A stretch of 52,473 nt of DNA from a virus. Lineage: Duplodnaviria > Caudoviricetes. The stretch lies in the IMG/VR virus record IMGVR_UViG_3300045257_000172, positions 1 to 52,473 of that record; one strand, written 5' to 3'. Below are positions 45,546-52,473 of the stretch, one piece after another (within the stretch, counting starts at the first letter, position 1; every line of letters starts with the position of its first letter). The notes beneath the pieces are model-generated. The model saw nothing but the letters and a program-made list of their open reading frames with translations, did not search any database and had not been told where the DNA came from. The position numbers and the translations under genes were made by a program.

Positions 45546-46175
45546 ATGAATGGCAAATCGCTTCCAGTCGGATCTACCCCTGTCCCAGACCCTACCATTC
45601 TTACCACGCAGCAGTTAACACGAGAGATTGCTGCTTCCAGGGAGATTATCGAAACCCGCTTAAATGCGATGGATACTGCTACCTCATTGAACAAGGAAGC
45701 AACTGATAAGATACCCCTTATAATTGATAAAATGATCGGCCAGCTTGAAAAGGTGATGGACGAAAAGTTTGAAAGTATAGATAAGCAATTTAAGGAGAGG
45801 GATGTCCGGACTGAGCAGACTCAGAAAGACAGTAAGGTAGCGGTAGACGCGGCGCTTCAGGCAGCCAAGGAAGCAGTGGGGGAACAAAACAAGAGTAATG
45901 CGCTGGCGAACGCTAAAATGGAAACGGCGTTTACCAAGCAAATAGATCAGATCGGTATTCAGATCCAGTCCAACACGAAAGCTACAGATGACAAATTTGA
46001 AGACATCAAGGGTCGTCTGGGAACACTGGAGGCTTCGATCAACACTCGTCAGGTGGTTACGACCGAGGGCCGGGTCCAAAACAACGCCGTGATCTATCTC
46101 ATCTTGATCGGAATTGCGACTGTTATCGGCGTGATCGTGAACATCGCTTCAATCTTTATTCACCTACCAAAATGA
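45546..46175 (+). CDS. Coiled-coil protein with a C-terminal TM helix (lysis/holin-associated)
   Basis: Long coiled coil plus 'VIYLILIGIATVIGVIVNIASIFI'. Confidence 0.55.
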   Translation: MNGKSLPVGSTPVPDPTILTTQQLTREIAASREIIETRLNAMDTATSLNKEATDKIPLIIDKMIGQLEKVMDEKFESIDKQFKERDVRTEQTQKDSKVAVDAALQAAKEAVGEQNKSNALANAKMETAFTKQIDQIGIQIQSNTKATDDKFEDIKGRLGTLEASINTRQVVTTEGRVQNNAVIYLILIGIATVIGVIVNIASIFIHLPK

Positions 46176-46375
46176 AGTACTTCCCCTTGCTCCTATTCCT
46201 ATGTGCCTGTCAACAGACCGGGAACGCCCCCAAGCTCCAATCCCACTTACAGGGTGCCACTGTGGCAGGGCAACAAACCGCAGGGCACATCGCCAACACC
46301 AGGAACTCGATAGAGCGTATCGAGTACAAAGATTCGCAGGCCCAGCGCCTATTAAACGAGGGGTTTGCCAAGTGA
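46172..46375 (+). CDS. Small lipoprotein (spanin-like candidate)
   Basis: MKYFPLLLFLCA/C lipobox. Confidence 0.5.
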   Translation: MKYFPLLLFLCACQQTGNAPKLQSHLQGATVAGQQTAGHIANTRNSIERIEYKDSQAQRLLNEGFAK

Positions 46376-46887
46376 CCGCAAGAGCCCTCCTAATTGCCTG
46401 TTTGCTGGGCCTGTATACGTGCCACAGCGCGTTTTCCAAGCCTCACCCTAGTCCTACCGCCACCCCAGCTCCAAAACCCCGCACAGACCTTGTATGCAGG
46501 ACGAAGCAACAGGATGCCGAGTTACGAGATTGGATCGGTGGGATAATGACCGAGGCGCAGAAAGCCAAGACGGAGAATGATGCTGCCCAAAAGAGTAATG
46601 CTGATCTCCAATCCCAACTGGCTAAAGCCACCACTGACGCCCAGAACCTGGCCAATGAGTGTGCTGCGGATAAAGCTTGTGCCAAGGCTCCGCTTTCCTG
46701 CTGGTTTCACCGCCTAATCAAACACCTCCTGTGGTTGGCGTTCGGGCTGATGGTTCTGCTGGTGGCTCTGGTCATACTAAATTTTTTCTTCCCATTCTTA
46801 GGGCCAATCCTGCGGTTTATCGCCGCGTGGTTCGGTAAGATTTTGAGCATGTTCAAGCCTAAACCCCCAACTTCAACTGCATCATGA
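46372..46887 (+). CDS. Signal peptide, coiled coil and C-terminal TM protein (spanin-like candidate)
   Basis: GTGA-coupled start at 46372; topology read from the translation. Confidence 0.45.
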   Translation: MTARALLIACLLGLYTCHSAFSKPHPSPTATPAPKPRTDLVCRTKQQDAELRDWIGGIMTEAQKAKTENDAAQKSNADLQSQLAKATTDAQNLANECAADKACAKAPLSCWFHRLIKHLLWLAFGLMVLLVALVILNFFFPFLGPILRFIAAWFGKILSMFKPKPPTSTAS

Positions 46888-47234
46888 ACCCAGGGCTAGA
46901 ACACTTTATTCGACACAAGTTAAACGAAATAAATGAAAGGACAGAAAGGATAGAACAGAAAATGGCAGCATTAGATGATGCAATCACGGCACTAACCGCA
47001 GAGGTATCGAATGACACAACGGTAATCAATTCCGCTGTGACGTTAATCAATGGTATTGCAGCGCAAATTGCGGCAGCAGTAGCAGCAGCGACAGCTGCAG
47101 GGGCAACCCCGGTTCAGTTGGCGGCTATTACAGCACTGCAAACAACGCTTGCTACTAACGATACTGCGCTTGCGGCAGCGGTAGCGGCTAATACTCCTCC
47201 AGCGCCACCGGCGACTGGTGCAGCAAAGGCTTAA
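46884..47234 (+). CDS. Ala-rich coiled-coil protein
   Basis: 'L.AEV...TTV..SA.TLING...LAAAVAANTP' common phage motif. Confidence 0.6.
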   Translation: MNPGLEHFIRHKLNEINERTERIEQKMAALDDAITALTAEVSNDTTVINSAVTLINGIAAQIAAAVAAATAAGATPVQLAAITALQTTLATNDTALAAAVAANTPPAPPATGAAKA

Positions 47235-47301
47235 CTATGAAGGTTGAACCGGACAGCCACGTTAAAGGCGAAAGCCATCCGGATACTTTTTTATGGGACT
47301 A

Positions 47302-47718
47302 ATGGATGTATTTAAGGCGCAACAGCCTGCGGCTACGGCAACCGCTACGGTTGTTGCTCCCCCTGCTGTACCCGATCCCCCGGCAGTGCTACGGTTAAGG
47401 GAAGGTAAAAACTTCCCGTGGCGCAGGTTGGGCATTTCCCTAATGGGGATAGTCATAATCATCTTCATCTGGAGGTGGTCGATTAATCATCTTTACACTC
47501 TTCCGGTTACGTCGATTGCCGTGTTTGGAAGTATCACGAACAACACTATTTACGTGATTGCATTCCTGGTAGCCTACTTCGTGACTGGTCAGGCGTACTT
47601 TACTAACTGGAGCAACATCAGCACGTCTACCTTAATATCTGAGGTAAGGTCATACATCGAGAGCAAGAAGGCGGACAAGGACGACAACAAGAAACCACCT
47701 GCTAAACCCAAGAAATGA
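47302..47718 (+). CDS. Holin candidate (2 TM helices, basic C-terminus)
   Basis: Two hydrophobic helices and a KKPPAKPKK tail, directly before the putative endolysin. Confidence 0.5.
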   Translation: MDVFKAQQPAATATATVVAPPAVPDPPAVLRLREGKNFPWRRLGISLMGIVIIIFIWRWSINHLYTLPVTSIAVFGSITNNTIYVIAFLVAYFVTGQAYFTNWSNISTSTLISEVRSYIESKKADKDDNKKPPAKPKK

Positions 47719-48110
47719 TCCATGAAGTTAAAGCATCATCTTTTGCAGACCCGGCTGATGTCGCGGCATTCCGGAGGTGTAAGGCTAAGGGAGGTTCTGA
47801 TAAGCAGTGCTTTCGTGTTGGGGATAATGGTATTGGATTTTGGCATGATGACACTAGCCAGGGGAGCGGCCCGTCGTGCGCTTTACCTCCAGAAACGATG
47901 GTAGAAGAATGGGGAAGCGTAAGCATGGCACATAACCAACAGGTCAACGTTACCTACCAGGACCAATCTGTTACGTGTTTTGTCCGTGATACCATGCCTC
48001 ACCTTGAAAATATTACCAACGGTGCAGGCATTGACCTGAACCCCGATGCTGTGTCGGCCCTCGGGTTAACCCCGCCAATCATGGTAGACGCAACTTGGGA
48101 GGCAGCATGA
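47715..48110 (+). CDS. Putative endolysin with an RlpA-like double-psi beta-barrel
   Basis: 'ASSF', 'CALP', 'V.V......V.C.V.D..P', 'IDL.P.A..ALG'. Confidence 0.55.
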   Translation: MIHEVKASSFADPADVAAFRRCKAKGGSDKQCFRVGDNGIGFWHDDTSQGSGPSCALPPETMVEEWGSVSMAHNQQVNVTYQDQSVTCFVRDTMPHLENITNGAGIDLNPDAVSALGLTPPIMVDATWEAA

Positions 48111-48196
48111 TTATACCTATCACTCCACGGCAGCTAGCTATCGGATTCTGTATTCTTATGTTTCTGTGCGTTATTGCGCTACTCCTATGGAACTAA
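48107..48196 (+). CDS. 29-aa single-TM peptide
   Basis: MIIPITPRQLAIGFCILMFLCVIALLLWN; ATGA-coupled. Confidence 0.45.
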   Translation: MIIPITPRQLAIGFCILMFLCVIALLLWN

Positions 48197-48260
48197 CCTA
48201 CACAGTCTACAGCGAAACATTTTACTGCTCTCCGCGTGGAGAAATAACGAAAGGGAAAAT

Positions 48261-48419
48261 ATGATTGTATTACTACCACTGCTAGTCGCAGTTATTGGGC
48301 TGCTCATGTATGCCTTATCGGCTAATCCTAAACTGGTTGAAGTCGGGCGTATTATGTTCTGGACTGGTCTTCTTGCCTTCCTCCTACACTCCCCGGGTGT
48401 AGTGGGGCTCGTCCATTAG
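48261..48419 (+). CDS. Small 2-TM membrane protein
   Basis: 'LLVAVIGLLMYAL..NPKLVEVGRIMFW.GLLAFL'. Confidence 0.6.
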   Translation: MIVLLPLLVAVIGLLMYALSANPKLVEVGRIMFWTGLLAFLLHSPGVVGLVH

Positions 48420-48421
48420 AT

Positions 48422-49210
48422 ATGATTGCTCCCTGGTATCAACCTCAACCTAATCGTGGGCGTGGTCCGGGTGGCCCGACTCCTACTCCAACTCCGATTG
48501 ATGGGACTGATCCGGGTGGATTGCCGTGGGGTGAACCGACACCGATCCCCACTCCAAGGCCAACGGATAATCGGGCGATAGGACCGGGGATGCCGTTAGG
48601 CTTCGGTGGTAACCCCGGAATGTCATTAGGGGGCGTTAATCCCGGGTATAATTACTACGATGCCGGGAATGGAATGACCTACGTCTACGATCACAACTGG
48701 AACTATGTTGGCACCCATAACCCAATGCAGGCACAGGCAATGGGCGGCGCAATGGGGGGTGGGGGTGGCGGCAGGGGGATAGGAGCTGGTCCCGGATTTC
48801 CTGGTGCCGGTGGTCCTGACCCTGGAATTTGGGGCCCTGGTGTTGATCCTTACCCAACTGTGACCATTGGTAATCCGTTCGCTGGTGCCACACCTGGGAC
48901 TTATCCGGGCATGGGTGGCCCCGGTGGTGGCGGCCCTTTTGCTGGAGCTACGCCCGGAACTTATCCAGGTATGAGTCCAGGTGGTGGCGACCCTGGCGGC
49001 GGCAGTCCTGGGTTTAACGGTCCTTCTGCTGCTCCTAGTGCCCCCTGGTACACAGCCGGACCATATCCTGGCGGGGCTGCTAATCCTCAAAACCCAGGCT
49101 ATGTAGCTCCTGGGGTAGGCCCGCAGAGTGCCCCTTCCGACTTCGCTCCCGGGTCCGGGTTTAGTACAACTCTTGGTGGTGGATTCCAGTTAAACGCCAG
49201 GAACATATGA
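48422..49210 (+). CDS. Gly/Pro-rich low-complexity protein
   Basis: Composition; PFAGATPGTYPGM occurs twice (48875, 48935). Confidence 0.65.
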   Translation: MIAPWYQPQPNRGRGPGGPTPTPTPIDGTDPGGLPWGEPTPIPTPRPTDNRAIGPGMPLGFGGNPGMSLGGVNPGYNYYDAGNGMTYVYDHNWNYVGTHNPMQAQAMGGAMGGGGGGRGIGAGPGFPGAGGPDPGIWGPGVDPYPTVTIGNPFAGATPGTYPGMGGPGGGGPFAGATPGTYPGMSPGGGDPGGGSPGFNGPSAAPSAPWYTAGPYPGGAANPQNPGYVAPGVGPQSAPSDFAPGSGFSTTLGGGFQLNARNI

Positions 49211-49242
49211 GCCAGCCGATTGACACCATCGTAACTTCGTAA
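49207..49242 (+). CDS. 11-aa micro-ORF copying the N-terminus of the next gene
   Basis: MSQPIDTIVTS* vs MSQPIDTTVTL. Confidence 0.6.
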   Translation: MSQPIDTIVTS

Positions 49243-49246
49243 TCTT

Positions 49247-51922
49247 ATGTCACAGCCAATAGATACCACGGTCACCCTTGAGGATCAGTTTGCCGTAGTT
49301 GACCCGATTTCATCGGCCCCACCCGGGTCAGATATTGAGGCGTACGTTGAAGAGGGGGTGGTACAGCTTCCTTTAGGTGGACAGGTGGTGACGGTCACCT
49401 TCCTTACCCCCAAGGTATCACCCGATTACCAGTTCGATGTGCGGGACATCTACAACATGGTGGACGCAACCCCGCTCGTCATTGATTGTATCCTAACCAA
49501 CTTCACTGTTACCGGGTTTGAGATCACACTCAGTGCTTCACCGGACACCGGAAACTACTATTTCAGGTGGAAGGTCCGTATCCCGACTGCAATCCAATCA
49601 GGGATAACCATTACCGCTCAGGTAGCAGGGATAGCGGGCGGATCGGTGCAGGAAGTGTTTGCTACCGGGAATGATGGGGTTGACCTCACTGTTGGTGGTG
49701 ACGCTACCAAGTTACCCAATGTTATTGCTCATCTAATTGATGGCGGAATACCGCTCGCCAAGCTGGCTGAAACAGTCGTTACCGGACCGGTGTTAACCCC
49801 GACTGGGGCACAGACCGTTACCAACAAACTGCTGGATGGGAACAATAATACCTTTCAGAACATCGGGTTAGCGTCCCTGATTGGGGACGGGATTATTGCC
49901 CAGAACCTTACTGACCCAAATAATGACCAGGGAATTATATGGGATAACGGTACTAAGTTATTCCGGTTCGCTGGTTCCCCGACTAACAGGGGGCTGGCTA
50001 AGGATGTTTACATTTCGACTCGGGGCGACGGCAATGGGGTAGGCACGTTAGACGATCCATTTGATGGCAGCACATCGGTATTGTTTGATGCGATCATGGC
50101 CGACAACACAAAGACTCCGGTCAACACCAATATCTATCTGTGTGCCGGAACCTTTTTAACTAAAGGTTTTACTGTCAGGACCGGGTGGAAGTTTCACCTG
50201 ACTCCACAAACCACTCTAAAGCTGGATGTTTTTACTGCTGGCGATGCGGCTGCTTTGGGTGCTCCCAAGATTGTTTCCATGTTTGGGGGAACGAATAACA
50301 CGCTAGTTCAGGATGTTCTTATCGAGGGCGGAATTTGGGACTTGAACATGCAGAATCAAACCCAAGCCCTGTGCCCTGCTGCTATTCAGGTGGTAGCCGA
50401 TGGGTTCACCGCCAGGAACATGAAGGTGATTAACTTCGGTAACACCAGTCCGACTAATGCCGAATGTTTCGTCCTTGGGGTATTTAGTAACGGTGCCAGG
50501 GACGGTATAATTCATAAACGCGGAGTGCTTTGGGATAATATCGAGATAACGCAACCCGCAAGCGGTGTTACCAATGTTGCCACGCTCAGTTTGACTAACA
50601 CAAACGGCGGACAAGCCGTAGTTAATGAAGCCGCCTTGAGTAGCGGATGGTTCGAAGGTGTGACGATTCGCAACTGTTACATTCACGATATAACCTTCAG
50701 TGATGCCGTGGCGGTAGCGTGTATAAATCTTGGGGGCTGGGTGAAGGGATTCCATGGGCACAATAACCGCTTCGCTCGTATCACCGGGAATAATGCCCGG
50801 TACGGTTATTATCTTGATACTGGATCAGTTCAGGACGTGAAGATCGAGGACGGTCAGGCCGATACTATAATGTCTGCGGTCAACCTTAATAGCGGCACAG
50901 GCTGGACCCAGAACAATATCAGCATCAAAAAACAAATGGTCGTGAGTTCCAATTTTATTCCCATTGCCGTCAACAGCCAGACTGGAACAACTTCGAATGT
51001 TTACTTCGAATCCAACACCATTATTGCCCCCGGAGGTTCGCCTGCGACAGGGATAGCTGCGGTTGGTATAACCAACTCCAACTTCCTCAACAACACGATT
51101 GATAGTAGTTCGGCTAACGCGATCTTTATAAGTGGCGGCAATGTAAGTCAAAGGTTTAACAACCGGCAGCTTGATGGCACACCGGTAAGCGGAGAAACAG
51201 GCCTGGGTGATTTGATCCAAGTCCAGACCACCTCCGTGACCACTGGCACTGTTGTCATGCTCGCTAATAAATCTGTCCTTAGAATCACTGCTGCATTGAC
51301 TGGTGCGTTACAGATAACGTTACCTCTCGCATCGTCTATCCCCGCTGGCAATTCAATCACCATTCTTGACCCAGGTGGGTTTTCATCAGACGTAAACGTT
51401 TTATTTGTAGCTCGGTCGGGGAGCGATACTATAAATGGTAGTACATCACCTATTATCGCACTCATCGGACAAGGTTCCCAGGAGCTTATTTCCGATGGGG
51501 TGTCTAAGTGGACGTTTGGCACCAGTTATATTGTAAGTCCTGCAAATCTTTATCTGGAGGGCGGTAATGCAACCGTGATGCGTACGGCTGGTACTGACCG
51601 ATGGTATGTTAATAGTAGCGGTCATGTCATAACCGTTGTCGATAACGCGTACAACTTAGGGGAGTCTGCTCACCGGTTTAAGGACGCCTTTTTTGGCGGG
51701 AACGTTAACGCCGGGGGTCATATTTTGGCTGAAGGAGCCAATGTTGTTCTTGGCACTTCTACCGGAAGTCAGATTGCTACGGTAGGCGGAGCATCGGGGC
51801 AGAAATTGGCGGTTTGGGGTAAAACTCCAATCGTTCAACCAGTGCTGGCAACAGGGGCCGGTCATACGGCGGACGACATAATCACCGTTCTTCAAAATAT
51901 TGGATGGGTTAGGCAAAGCTAA
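49247..51922 (+). CDS. Tailspike with a right-handed beta-helix (putative depolymerase)
   Basis: 'VYIS.R.DG.G.GTLDDPFD', parallel beta-helix repeats, fibre-type C-terminal modules. Confidence 0.75.
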   Translation: MSQPIDTTVTLEDQFAVVDPISSAPPGSDIEAYVEEGVVQLPLGGQVVTVTFLTPKVSPDYQFDVRDIYNMVDATPLVIDCILTNFTVTGFEITLSASPDTGNYYFRWKVRIPTAIQSGITITAQVAGIAGGSVQEVFATGNDGVDLTVGGDATKLPNVIAHLIDGGIPLAKLAETVVTGPVLTPTGAQTVTNKLLDGNNNTFQNIGLASLIGDGIIAQNLTDPNNDQGIIWDNGTKLFRFAGSPTNRGLAKDVYISTRGDGNGVGTLDDPFDGSTSVLFDAIMADNTKTPVNTNIYLCAGTFLTKGFTVRTGWKFHLTPQTTLKLDVFTAGDAAALGAPKIVSMFGGTNNTLVQDVLIEGGIWDLNMQNQTQALCPAAIQVVADGFTARNMKVINFGNTSPTNAECFVLGVFSNGARDGIIHKRGVLWDNIEITQPASGVTNVATLSLTNTNGGQAVVNEAALSSGWFEGVTIRNCYIHDITFSDAVAVACINLGGWVKGFHGHNNRFARITGNNARYGYYLDTGSVQDVKIEDGQADTIMSAVNLNSGTGWTQNNISIKKQMVVSSNFIPIAVNSQTGTTSNVYFESNTIIAPGGSPATGIAAVGITNSNFLNNTIDSSSANAIFISGGNVSQRFNNRQLDGTPVSGETGLGDLIQVQTTSVTTGTVVMLANKSVLRITAALTGALQITLPLASSIPAGNSITILDPGGFSSDVNVLFVARSGSDTINGSTSPIIALIGQGSQELISDGVSKWTFGTSYIVSPANLYLEGGNATVMRTAGTDRWYVNSSGHVITVVDNAYNLGESAHRFKDAFFGGNVNAGGHILAEGANVVLGTSTGSQIATVGGASGQKLAVWGKTPIVQPVLATGAGHTADDIITVLQNIGWVRQS

Positions 51923-51978
51923 TGGCTCGCACCTTCTACATCTCCTCCCAGAGCGGGAACGACTCCAACAACATCTAA
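51922..51978 (+). CDS. 18-aa micro-ORF copying the N-terminus of the next gene
   Basis: MARTFYISSQSGNDSNNI* vs MARKFFISFSSGNDANNG; TAATG overlaps at both ends. Confidence 0.6.
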   Translation: MARTFYISSQSGNDSNNI

Positions 51979-52473
51979 TGGCCCGCAAATTCTTCATTAG
52001 CTTCTCATCCGGCAACGATGCTAATAACGGTACGTCTACCGCTACAGCGTGGCAGCGGCATCCGTTTATGTCTCGGCCCGGTTCGTTACCGTGGAGTGGT
52101 GTCTACACTCATCAAGTTGGGGATCAGTTTGTATTCAAGGGGGGTGATACTTGGGATACGACTTGTTTTTTTGCAAAACACGGTTTCGCGATCAAGGCTG
52201 GTGGCTCCCAGGCTACTCCTGATAAGTACATGGTGGACAAGACTTGGTTTACCGGGAGTTCGTGGACTAGACCTATTTTTGATAACGGTGGGGCCGCTAG
52301 TCCCCGAAACCAACAAATTGTTATCTACGATTTTACCGACTGGATTACCTTTGATAACATTGAGTTTACCAGATTTTACTGGGATATAACCACTAACAGT
52401 TACCCGGTAGCAATAGTTCAAATCGGGACTGGCAGCACTAACGCCCAGAATCAGGGTACAAATTGTGACGGGA
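51978..52473 (+). CDS. 5' part of the giant multidomain protein, continuing at position 185 and ending at 4488
   Basis: ATG 51978, MARKFFISFSSGNDANNGTS..TAW...GD.F.FKGGDTW; in frame through the overlap. Confidence 0.85.
   Translation, partial: MARKFFISFSSGNDANNGTSTATAWQRHPFMSRPGSLPWSGVYTHQVGDQFVFKGGDTWDTTCFFAKHGFAIKAGGSQATPDKYMVDKTWFTGSSWTRPIFDNGGAASPRNQQIVIYDFTDWITFDNIEFTRFYWDITTNSYPVAIVQIGTGSTNAQNQGTNCDG
52290..52473. repeat. Terminal overlap (right copy)
   Basis: Matches 1-184. Confidence 0.97.

Noticed and set aside
46201-46371. ORF-track N-terminal extension of 46201-46887
   Set aside because: It overlaps the lipoprotein gene. The GTGA-coupled start at 46372 gives a proper signal-like N-terminus.
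43646-52031. Diversity-generating retroelement or invertible tail-fibre shufflon to explain the echo micro-ORFs
   Set aside because: No reverse transcriptase or recombinase is seen, the differences are not adenine-specific, and the copies are short and direct.
52290-52473. 184-bp terminal repeat as a biological direct terminal repeat
   Set aside because: It falls in the middle of an intact gene, far from the terminase region, so an assembly overlap is the better explanation.

Overview
The window looks like one complete, circularly assembled tailed-phage genome. Bases 1-184 recur at 52290-52473 with one mismatch, giving a unit length of about 52,289 bp, and one large gene runs through the join (51978 -> 4488, about 1,599 aa). 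The + strand arm (about 32.9 kb -> end -> 16.6 kb) carries podovirus-like morphogenesis genes: small and large terminase, portal, scaffold, major capsid, an HNH endonuclease, three large tail-fibre/spike/adhesin genes, a lysis block, tail tubular proteins, ejection proteins and a PurD-like ATP-grasp enzyme. The - strand arm (32.6 -> 16.7 kb) carries an adenine methyltransferase, a replication initiator, an XRE regulator, an SSB, a PD-(D/E)XK nuclease, an HNH protein, a RusA-like resolvase, many small mosaic accessory ORFs, and a terminal glycan cluster (GT-A-like proteins, two methyltransferases, a DUF3431-like protein, GDP-L-fucose synthase). I recognise no integrase, DNA or RNA polymerase, helicase/primase, reverse transcriptase or CRISPR array. 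The most unusual signals are: (1) two related tRNA-like cloverleaf elements hidden in-frame in accessory genes; (2) translationally coupled micro-ORFs that copy the N-terminus of each of the three large tail-appendage genes immediately upstream of them; (3) a small gene with a perfect Shine-Dalgarno nested in a different frame inside a GNAT-bearing ejection protein; (4) a promoter plus a two-state RNA switch in front of the replication initiator; (5) an ATP-grasp / HExxE protein / glycosylation module; (6) repeat-scaffolded mosaic accessory genes. All family assignments come from motif recognition by eye; no searches were run.
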